A DNA stretch of 64,000 bases from the human T2T-CHM13v2.0 reference genome, Homo sapiens: the NCBI RefSeq assembly GCF_009914755.1, contig NC_060925.1. The stretch is one strand, 5' to 3'. Shown piece after piece: positions 46,691-64,000 of the stretch. Made by a program: the position numbers and the translations under genes. The notes under the pieces were generated by a model. It searched no databases, was not told the DNA's origin, and saw only the letters and a program-made list of their open reading frames with translations. The first letter of the stretch is position 1; every line of letters begins with the position of its first letter.

Positions 46691-48279
46691 AAAAAAAGAT
46701 TTGTATTTCAGGACCACTCCAGCTGGCAATAGAGACTATAGATTTAAAGTGTGGAACAAGACTGACAAAGAGACTAGTTAAAAGGTTATGGCAAGACATA
46801 ATGATGGCAGAAGGAATGATGTAAGATAAATGATTCAAGAATAGTAAAGAGGTAAGATGAACAGGACATGGTGATTGGTAAGATTTGGAAAAGGGATAGA
46901 TTAGGGATAAAGGAAAAGGAAACTATCATTTGTAGAAGAGCCATTCACTATATTAATACTTTTGCAAGTTATTAATTCATTTAACAAACATTCATTGAGC
47001 AGCTACTTGTGCCTAGTATTACAGAAGATTTTAGACAATCATTCTGCCACTATGATAGAACAACTTCTCATTTTTTGAAGTTCACTAAACTAGCCATTGA
47101 CACAGTACCTGCTTAATAATTATTTGTTAAATAGGAAACAGACACAAGCAATTGCATTGAAATGAGCTAAAATGAGCAAGTAAGGAAATAAATGCCTATG
47201 ACTGACTCTGGAAAACACTGATCTAAGAATTTATTATCTAAGCAAATAATGGTGACCAGGATAACAAGAAAAGACCACATAAAGAGAAAGAGAAAGTAAA
47301 TACAGAAAGTGCAGACAGTGATTATGTATCAGGCACAGGGATGCAGAAATGCCCCTGAGTAGTAGCAATGTGTGAGAGGTATATTGGGAGACCCTCCTTC
47401 CATGGTCCTACTTGCTACAGATTCCAAAGTTGGAACAGCTCCCAGGAGCCAACATAGAACCAACTCCTGGGAATGATACCACTTATCAAGTTAGGAAAAT
47501 TACACTTGGCAAATCTATTAGAAACATATCTAGCCTAAACTCAAAAAGAACTCTGTGAATTCAAGTGTCACACTAGTTTAACAATCATGAGGGGATTAGG
47601 AGAAAGATTAGCTAGAAATCCTCTGAAGAACTTTCTAAATCCTTCTGCTGTCCTCATACTACCAATGCTGTAAAAAGATTCATCAAATGGATGGCTGAAA
47701 TGACCTTGAAAGAGGCAGATATCTTTGCAGCTAACAGTTTAACTGTTAAAAGCTCAAGTGTTGGGAGCAGTACTTATTTATCCATTTTCCATTTACCCAA
47801 CAAATATTTATTGCATGCCTTTATGCTCCAGTTACTGACAATTCAGCAGTGAACAATAGCCAAGCCCAAGGAGCTCAAAGACTAGTAAGTACAGGATTAT
47901 AGTCAGCCAAAACTTGATTTAAATCCTAGCTCAGCTACAAGACCTTAGCTAACTTAATCTCTTTCTGAGCCTCAGATTTGTCATCTGTAAAATGGGAAAA
48001 ATATTACCTATTTCATAGGATTGCATGCTAATTAAATAATATATTGAGAGGGAGAAAAAAAAAGCTTAGCAGACCCTGGCACATAGAAAACATTTAGTAT
48101 GAAAAATCACTGAATGATTTTTTTATTTTTGTTACTCAGGAGATAATACAGCAGTTGAAAAATGCCTCCTTCCAAATCAATGAAACACTCTCTAATGAAA
48201 ATGTTGATAAACAGGATATGAACAAGGAAGGTATCACTCAGAGTACTCCTTCAGACACCAGTACTCTATGAAGATATCT

Positions 48280-49420
48280 CAACTCGAATGTCCAATAAAT
48301 ATCTCAAACTGAACCTATTCAAAAATGACCTCTTGATCATCTCCCATTGTGTACCTCCTATAGTCTTCCCATCTCCATTAATGGCAACTCTATTTTTTAG
48401 GTGTTCAGGCCAAAAACCTCAGAGTTATCCTTGACTTCTCTCATCCTCTCATACCCCACAGCCAATGCATCAGGAAAGCCTATTTGTTTGTTTTTCTTCT
48501 GCTTTCAAAATGGATCCAGAATTCCCAGCTCCACTGCTATCATTCTGGTCCATTACCATTAACTCTCACCTTTTTTGCAGTCTTTATGTATTGCACAGAC
48601 TTTATTGTAACAGTCTCTTAACTGGTTTTCCTGCTTCCACCCTTTCTCTTTTTTCAGTCATTCACCAAACAGTAGCCAGGATGATCCCATTAAAGAATAA
48701 GTCACAAAAACCTCCAAAGACTTCACAATTTATCCTGAGTAAAATCTAAAGTTCTTACAGCAGTATATATGAGACTCTGATCTAGCCAGTGTTTCCTCTC
48801 TGACCCCATCTACTACTGTTCTCTTCATGCTCTCCACTGCAGTCACATCACCCACCTTGGAGTTATTCAACCAGACCAGGCACACTTCTGCCTCCACGCC
48901 TTTGCATATACTATTCCAACTACCTAGAACACTTTGATATCCACACAGCTAGTTCCTTCACCCTTTTTTTTTTTTTTTTGTGAGCCACTGCACCCAGCCC
49001 ACCTTCTTAAATTTTAGCCTCTTTTATGAGGCCTTCCCTGTCTACATGTTGAAAATTGTAAACCACCTAGCACTTAACATCACATATATTACAATTTGTT
49101 CCCTTGTTTAGTTTAACTCCTCTGCCCGCCCCCTGCTGATTAAAATATAAATTCCAGCTGGGTACAGTGGCTCATGCCTGTAGTCCCAGTGCTTTGAGAG
49201 GCCAAGGTGGGAGGATCACTTGAGCCCAGGACCAGCCTGGGCAACACAGCAAGACCCATGTCACTACCAAAAATAAAAAATATAAAATAAAGTTAAACTT
49301 AAAAAAAATTAAAACGTGGGACAGGGATTTTTATTTGTTCATTATTGTATTCCCAGTACCTGGAATAGTGCCAGACATGGTAGGAGCCAAATAAATATCT
49401 TTTGGATGAATAAATGAGCC
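48280..49420 (+). mobile_element. L2 fragments
   Basis: ATCTCAAACTGAAC...CAGGCCAAAAACCTCAGAGTTATCCTTGACT...AATAAATATCTTTTGGATGAATAAATGA. Confidence 0.7.
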
Positions 49421-49740
49421 AAAAGCAAGCAAGCAAGTCAGAGAAAAACTGTTTTAAGGATAAAGTAAACTAAATAAACTCTTCTATTATTTGTGGGCTA
49501 GCTTGCCAACCTCAAATTCTTGTTTCTCAAATGTCACAGGGAGTTACTAAAAATAAGAACAGAAATGTACCACAGTTTGAGAGTTTTTTATTACTAAATG
49601 AGCAAAGCAAAAAAATTAAATAAAAATTACTTTTTCCAAAAGCAAAGTACATGTCAAACTGTATTTGTAGAAATATTTTTTGCACATAGAAGTTTAAGTG
49701 AAATAAACTTCTAATTATGAAAGGATTTGAGATGTGACAT

Positions 49741-53811
<4,071 letters not shown>

Positions 53812-54779
53812 TGACTCTCCTGATCAGAGAGTACTGCCATTTGTGAACCCTCTCCACAACCATATACCTTACCCAGTTCCCCAATCTTCTAGCCACTGAG
53901 AGTTTCTGCACTAACAGGTTCCCAAACTGCTTGATTTTGACGGTATTTCCTTCTCTGTGCCTTTCTTAACAATATTAAAAGGAAAAAGCGCTTTGAGATG
54001 ACATACAATCTATCCAGAGGCATCTCTTTCTCTTCTCTCTTTCTTCCTCTCCTCTCCATCCCAACCTCCCACTCATCTTGGCTATAGAAGAGAAAACATA
54101 TACCATGTAAGTTTTTGGCAGCTACTTTTTGATTATGAGTGACAGACATCTTTATTTTAGGATGAAACTGACAACATAAAGACAGAGCAAAGAGAAAGAA
54201 TAAGGTCTCTGGACAGCGTCAATTTAACCATTGAATTATATCAATACTTAATCTAATAAACTGCTAAAATTCCAGTTATATGAGTCCTTTTGTTGTTTAA
54301 AGCCCATTTAACTATTTTCTGTTACTTGCTCCCAAACACATTCTAATACACCCAATGACCAGGAAGAAAGTATCTTTTCCAAATAACCCAGAATACATAA
54401 AAAGTGAGTCAGAATTGAATTCTACAAATACTATGCATGCTACACACATAAGATCTTGTGCTTAGCACCGTGGGGAATATAAAAATCAATTAAGCACAGC
54501 ATGTTGTAATAGAAATAGACTTTGAAGTCAGATGAACCTGGATGCAATCCTACTTTGGGGAAGTAACTTAATTTCTCTAAGCTTTAGTTTTCTCATCTAC
54601 AAAATGGAAGAAATAAGATTATAGCATTGTGAGAATTATAGTTAATATACAGTATCAACCATAGCATTCTGCCCATAGTGGGAGTTTAAATAACTAATAG
54701 TTGTTATGGTTTAAGAAATGGGAGAAATTCTTTACTCTCCAATGGGGCAGAAAACACAAATACTTATGATCTGCTGACT

Positions 54780-55280
54780 GGGATATTTACAGGGCATGGT
54801 TGATTGTCAAAGGTTCCAATTCTTCGCCTTCTACTGAATCTGTGCCTTTTGACACATAACTTTGCGGCATATTCCTGATAAGGGCAGAGCATACTTCCTA
54901 CCCCTGGACTCAAGCATGTGACTTGCTTTGTCCAATGGGATGTTGGCCAAGCAAATCTGAACATAAGGAGAGTCATGAAAATCAGTTGTGCAAATGGACT
55001 GTCATATTCTTGCTATTCTGGTATCATCTTAAAAAGGACAAGTCCAGTCTAGCCCACTGGCCCCAGAAGGAGGATGAGCCAGAGCAAAGTTCTCCCAGCA
55101 AATTTCAGCCTAGAGCAGACCACCAGCTGACCTGCAGATGCATGAGTGAGCCTGAGATCAGCACAACTGCCAAATCTAGCCCCACTCAGTTCAGCTAACT
55201 CTGGAAATGTATGAGAAATAAACGTTTATTGTATGCTTTTGAGGTTTTGTGGCTGGAGGGCAACAGCTAACCAATACACA
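54780..55280 (+). mobile_element. Old MaLR LTR (MLT1I/J-like)
   Basis: CATGTGACTTGCTTTGTCCAATGGGATG...GAGAAATAAACGTTTATTG...CAGCTAACCAATACA. Confidence 0.65.
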
Positions 55281-55395
55281 GAATTATATTTTCTGTTAAA
55301 AAAAAAACAAAGATTTACACTTCCCTGATACTTGTGACTAAGTGAAAGACAAGGTTAGGTCTTGTGAATGAAAGACATACTTATGGTACATTCCT

Positions 55396-56420
<1,025 letters not shown>

Positions 56421-57817
56421 TCTTTAGTCTATCATTACTACAGGTAGTTTAAAAATAAAAACTAAGTGTCTGACTGTTCCAAGTTCAATTAATGTCTACA
56501 ATTACAAAGAAGACTCATGGAAATGGTTCAAGCCCAGGAAAGTCCAGATCACTAATGTATATGGGAAATATTCTTCCTAATAATGTCAATGTTTTATAGG
56601 TATTAATGAGTGCCATGCTTGTCTACTGTAATTATTGACAAATAAATGTGAAGAGAAATGAAGAATGGTACTCACATTACTTTGGAGGACAAGCATTCCA
56701 CCAACTGAAAAGTATTTGGTGAATGTCATCTAAGTTTCAAGGACTGTGCTAGATATTTTTAATAATTTATTTTTTATTATCCTTACCATATAGTTGTGCT
56801 GCCAAGTCAAATTATAAGGCAATTAAACCTAGAAGTCTCGAAAGACCTATGCCATCAAGGCCTTTGCTGATCCCTTCTAAAAATAACCAAGAGCATTTGG
56901 CTATTTGGGCTTCATCACTACCAGTCTATTAACATCATATTAAAAATTACTAATATCATAAGCTATGTCAAAATCTCATTAATGCTGCTGGAAAGACTGG
57001 CAATAAATACTCTTCCATAAAGTACACATTGTATGTTTTATATGGCTATAAAGAAGCTAACAAGCAGCAGATTAAGTACAACATGGCCAAGAGAATATTG
57101 CATTATGATCACTCATTACTGTCATTTCCACCACAACCTGCTTTAAAATATGCAACTTAACACAGATTTTAAAGGATGTTCTTCTCTGTCGGCAAAATTA
57201 ACACACCAGCCCTTCCAATGAATTCACATTTCAGAGAACAATCACACATGCAGGGAATGCATCAAATACTTTTATGCTTGTTAGCGTCAGAACTCTGGTA
57301 GACAGAAGGAAGGGGAGAATTTTATCTCTGAAGAATTTATAGACTCACTTCCAAGAAAAAAAATACATGGCAAATGTTTCTTGATCTGGGGTGCTGGTTA
57401 TGGGTGTGTTCATTTGTAAAAATTTTGTGAGTGGTACTTTTCATATGTATACTTTTTCTGATATGTTATACTTCAGTAAAAAGTCTAATTTAATGACACT
57501 AACAGCGGTATAGGACTAAGTACAAAATGAAAAATATTAACAATTCAGAGTTCAGAAGAGGGACTAGTCACTGTTATTTTGTTCAAAGAGTTAACATGTA
57601 TTAAATAATTTATACATGCCAGGCACTGTACTAAATAAGTATTTTATATTTCATCCTCCCAACATCCTTGTGAGGTCAACATTATATCAACAGCATTTGC
57701 CACAATTAATACTCCTTCCTTGAAACTCTTTCCTTTTCATTACAGGCCAGCACGTTCTTCTGGTTTTCTACCTACCTCACTAACTGCTCCTTCTCAGTCT
57801 GTCCTTCTCCCCAGACT

Positions 57818-57928
57818 TTCATTCATTCATTCATCTATCTATCTATCGACAGGGTCTCACTCTATGTATGTATGTATGTATGTATGTATGTATGTACGTA
57901 CGTATCTATCTATCTATCTATCTATCTG

Positions 57929-57969
<41 letters not shown>

Positions 57970-57975
57970 GTATCT
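57818..57975. repeat. Compound (TTCA)/(TCTA)/(ATGT)/(ATCT) microsatellite in an AluJ tail
   Basis: Direct reading; Alu body follows at 57975-58250 (-). Confidence 0.92.
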
Positions 57976-58125
57976 AGAGACAGGGTCTCACTCTGTTGCC
58001 CAGGCTGGAGTGCAGTGGCACAATCATGGCTCACTATAGCCTCAAACTCCTGGGCTCAAGCAATCTTGCTGCCCCAGACTCCTGAGTAAATAGGACTACA
58101 GGTACATGCCATCACATCCAGCTAA

Positions 58126-58171
<46 letters not shown>

Positions 58172-59206
58172 TAGAGACAGAGCCTTGCTATGTTGCCCAG
58201 GCTGGTCTCGAAATCCTGGTCTTAGGTAATCCTCTCACCTCAGACTCCCAAATATTCTAGGGCTCAGCTCTTGGTCATCTTCTCTATCTAAACTCCCTGG
58301 GGCAGGTATTATTAATTATTATTATCCCCATTATACAGATGGAAACTTTGAGATACAGACAGATTCAAACGTATGTAATCAAGACTTCAGAGGCCATGCT
58401 CTTAACCTCTTCACCATTCTGTCTTCTTTGGCTTTCCATTTAAGAGGCAGGGCATAGCTGCACACATTCCACATTCTAGTGCCTTCAGTAACTGAGAAAA
58501 GAGAGAGACTGAGGCACATGGGACCCTCTTTCATAAGCTATTAAGGACTAATACCAGTTACCAAGCCAGTAAAAAACCAACACTCTTGCAAATTCTGTTA
58601 AACAACTTTCCTTCCTAAGTTTCTTCACTTTGTACTTTGGTAATTGCTTCTCAAGGAGGAATGTGAAAAGAATCTAGAACATAGATTCTCAAATCCAGAT
58701 GCTCATGAAATAATCTGAGGAGCTTTTAAAAATATAGATGTAATAGGCCCTATACAAACCTATTAAACCTAGAAGATTCCAGGAATCTGTGTTTCCAAGG
58801 AGCACCCAAGCAAGGTCTGAAGTTGATAACTTGGTACCTGAATTGGCTCTAAAGAGAGTTCTCTGATCCTCGGAGGATGAATAATGACTATCACATATTC
58901 CGCCTAGCAGAGGCTGGAAATGAAACGAGAATGAAGATGTAAACTGATTCCAACAAGTAATAAGACCAACCAGGAAACCACAGCAGGGACTGTGGAATTC
59001 TAGATCAGGACAGCAAACATTACCAGGTGGTCTGGTAATTTGTTGCCATAGAGAGTTTGCAGTCAAGTGCTGTCATCCCTTGGCTTAGGATGGAGTCATA
59101 TCTAGGCAGCAAGAGCTAACTTAATACTTTAATACTTGAGCACTCATATTGTCAGAGTATTCACCAAGTATTATGAGGGAATAGAAGGACATTAAGAAAT
59201 ACTGCC

Positions 59207-59240
59207 CATTCTGCACATGTACCCCAGAACTTAAAGTGTA

Positions 59241-59284
<44 letters not shown>
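59207..59284 (+). mobile_element. Ultra-short L1PA 3' terminus with (TG)n(TA)n tail
   Basis: CTGCACATGTACCCCAGAACTTAAAGT; TSD AAGAAATACTGCC at 59194-59206 and 59285-59297. Confidence 0.85.
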
Positions 59285-59287
<3 letters not shown>

Positions 59288-59459
59288 AAATACTGCCATT
59301 GTTCCCAGGCAACAGAATAAAGCATTATTAACACTGCCATTTTTGCATAAACATAAATGCACATACATTTTGTTTACATATGCAAGCAACACTTACTATG
59401 GAACTATAAATGCTGAAACTAAGGCAAATACGTTACTTCAACACTTACTGATGTCTTAC

Positions 59460-59508
59460 CTCTGTAAGTGCATGCAATTGTCCTTGATGAACACATACAC
59501 CCATGAAC
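59460..59508 (-). CDS. TESK2: TESK2 exon 4 (upstream exons lie beyond the window)
   Basis: ctttag|GTTCATGGGTGTATGTGTT...ACAGAG|gtaaga = FMGVCVHQGQLHALTE; joins exon 5 in frame. Confidence 0.95.
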
Positions 59509-59786
59509 CTAAAGAACAAGACAGAATTATTTAACAAGTGAAAAGGACACAAATATAAATTCATATAGAGAAATCAGGTTAGTTACCCATGCATTAGAAA
59601 CAACCTGTGGGGTGCGGCATGATGGCTTACATCTGTAATCCCCGCACTTTAGGAGGCAGAGGTGTGCGGATCACCTGAGGTCAGGAGTTCAAGACCATCC
59701 TGGCCAACATGGTGAAACCACATCTCTATTAAAAATACAAAAATTAGGCAGGTGTGGTGGCATGCGCCTGTAGTCCGAGCTGCTCA

Positions 59787-59891
<105 letters not shown>

Positions 59892-60069
59892 TCAAAAAAA
59901 AAAAAAAAAAAAAGAGACTGCATCTAAAAAAAAAAAAAGGAAAGATAGATAGAAAAGAAAGGAAGGGAAAGGGAAAGGCAAAGAGAAAGGGAAAGGGAAA
60001 GGAAAGGAAGAAAGAACCTGTGAAGCCCCCTGCTATCTTGTACAGCCCTGTAGACTCTTAATCTTTTTG

Positions 60070-60590
<521 letters not shown>

Positions 60591-61444
60591 ATTTGGCATA
60601 AGACTCTTAATCTTGATTAAGATGCCAGGCTGATAAATTTCTAAATTTACCATGAAGTATCTGGTTGTAGCAAGACCTGGTGGTAAAAAGCAATGGTGGA
60701 AGAAGGAGAGTAGTCTTGAAAACAGCATGGTATAATGGAAAAAGCCCCAATTGGAAGTAAATAAACTTGATGCTGGTTTCAGCTCTGCCATTACCTAACT
60801 AAATGCTTACACACAGACACAAAGTCACTATTTCTTTTTAGTTTACACATTTAAGTGATATTTGAAGTTTTTCTCAACCAACAGGTTATATTTATATATA
60901 TGAATGATTTTTAAATAAAAACCATAAATCAATGAGTATGACTGATGATGATCATAAAGTAGGAGAAGATAAACGTCTTAAAGCCATTAACAATACCCAA
61001 GTCCCAAGTAAGTTCTAGTTTAGAAGAGCAAAGGAATGGGAAGAGACTGACTACAAGCAGAGTGTAAGGCACAGCAGTGACTGTGTTAGAAAGGATCATA
61101 AAATTTCCAGGAAGACAGGGTCCATGTCATATTCTTCCCTGTGTTCACAGAACCTAACACCACCTAGTAAACAAAGAGTAAGCAAATTCAGTAAATGATT
61201 GCTGAGTGAGAAGAAACAAAGGAGAATGCCTGGTTGGCTATAATATCACAGCAGAGTTTTTAAAACATGCTGCTTCCACATTTCAACTAATGTGGAAATA
61301 TCCCAGCATTTTGGGAGGCCAAGGCGGGTGGATCACCTGAGGTCAGGAGTTCAAGACCACCCTGGCCAACATGGTGAAACCCTGTCTCTACTAAAAATAC
61401 AAAAGTTAGCTGGGCATGGTAGCAGGTGCCTGTAGTCCCAGCTA

Positions 61445-61576
<132 letters not shown>

Positions 61577-61994
61577 TTAATTAATAATAAAAATAAAATA
61601 AGATGGGTCATTTTTCTCTAAATGTTCATACAACTCCCCAATCACTAGAATTTTGAGGGTATGCCATTAATTTATTAAACAATTATTTATTGAATGGCTG
61701 CTATGTTGAAAGTATTAAGGACAGAGAGTAAATAAAAACTTTCATTCTAGGGTCATTCTGTTGGAGGGCAATTATAATAAAAAGATAAATTATGCAGAAT
61801 GTGGTTAAATTGTATACATGAACTGCTGTTTCTAGTCAGCCTCTTTTAGAAAGACTGCTTCTCTGAGATTAAATTATATCCCTGCCTAGGAATAATTCTA
61901 TTCCCATTATCCTACTATAACAAAAACAGTTAAAGTAAAATATGATAAGCTACATTTCCTGCATGATTAAGGCTTTCCAAACTATGATGGGTAC

Positions 61995-63193
<1,199 letters not shown>

Positions 63194-63696
63194 TTGACCC
63201 TTCCTCTAGAGCACAGGGATATCTCTCCATTTCCACCTGGGAGACATTAAGAAAGTTACCTAATCTTTATAAATCGCAATTTCCTCATCTATAAAAATGG
63301 ACAGAAAAATAACACCACCTTAAAAGGTTGTTATGAGAATTAAATGGGATATTTTCAAGTATACTGTGTAGCAATGCCTAGTGTATGCTCAAATAAAGGT
63401 CAGTGGTTTTTATTTTATCATTATTAACAATCCTAAATTACATTATCCTTTACATGGCTATGAGAGTTACCTTTTCAAAACACAAAATATGTCATTCTCT
63501 TTTTCATAACCCTTCAATGGTTCCCTTCTGCCTACAGAATAACATTAAAACTTCCCATGATCCACTCCAACTTATCTTTGAAACCTCACATTTTCCCATG
63601 AGCCTTATTCTTCATCCACCTGTCCTTTTCCTCTGGGCTCTATGACCCTAGCCTACAAATATATAGTTAAATTTCCCTCATCTTAAAAAATTCTTC

Positions 63697-64000
63697 CGCC
63701 AGGCACAGTGGCTCACACCTGGAATCCTGGCACTTGGGGAGGCCAAGGCGGGCAGATCTCTTGAGCCCAGGAGATCAAGACCAGCCTGGAGAATACGGTG
63801 AAATATGATCTTTACAAAAAATACAAAATAATAATTGTATTTTTTATACAAAAAAATACAAAAATTAGCCAGGCATGGTGGCATGCCTGTGGTCCCAGCT
63901 ACTCAGTAGGCTGAGGCAGGAGGATCACTTTAGCCAGGGAGGCAGAAGTTGCAGTGAGCCAAGATCACGCCACTGCACTCCAGCCTGGGCAACAGAGCGA
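63697..64000 (+). mobile_element. AluJ-like, cut by window end
   Basis: Alu motifs; rearranged middle linker. Confidence 0.85.

Overview
Human (or near-identical great-ape) genomic DNA from the HPDL-MUTYH-TOE1-TESK2 locus (chr1p34.1 by recognition of the genes). It holds the intronless HPDL gene (+), the complete 16-exon MUTYH gene (-), the complete 8-exon TOE1 gene (+) and exons 4-11 of TESK2 (-). From about 22 kb onward the window is mostly TESK2 intron, filled with Alu, L1, L2, MIR, MaLR and MER elements. All exon boundaries were traced by hand and give continuous reading frames: MUTYH 549 aa, TOE1 510 aa, TESK2 ending at codon 571 on recalled numbering. I found no prokaryotic-type system or foreign insert. 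The most notable signals are: (1) the TOE1 and mitochondrial-MUTYH start codons are the two strands of one CATG palindrome; (2) the haplotype carries MUTYH V22M, which creates a strong-Kozak in-frame AUG, and TESK2 R455C inside the 14-3-3 motif; (3) MUTYH intron 14 has a very weak GC donor; (4) an intact solo LTR7 is nested in a MER39-like LTR and points at TOE1; (5) a U13 snoRNA retrocopy lies in TESK2 intron 4; (6) TOE1 and TESK2 probably overlap at their 3' ends. Repeat family names and variant labels come from memory and need checking by alignment.
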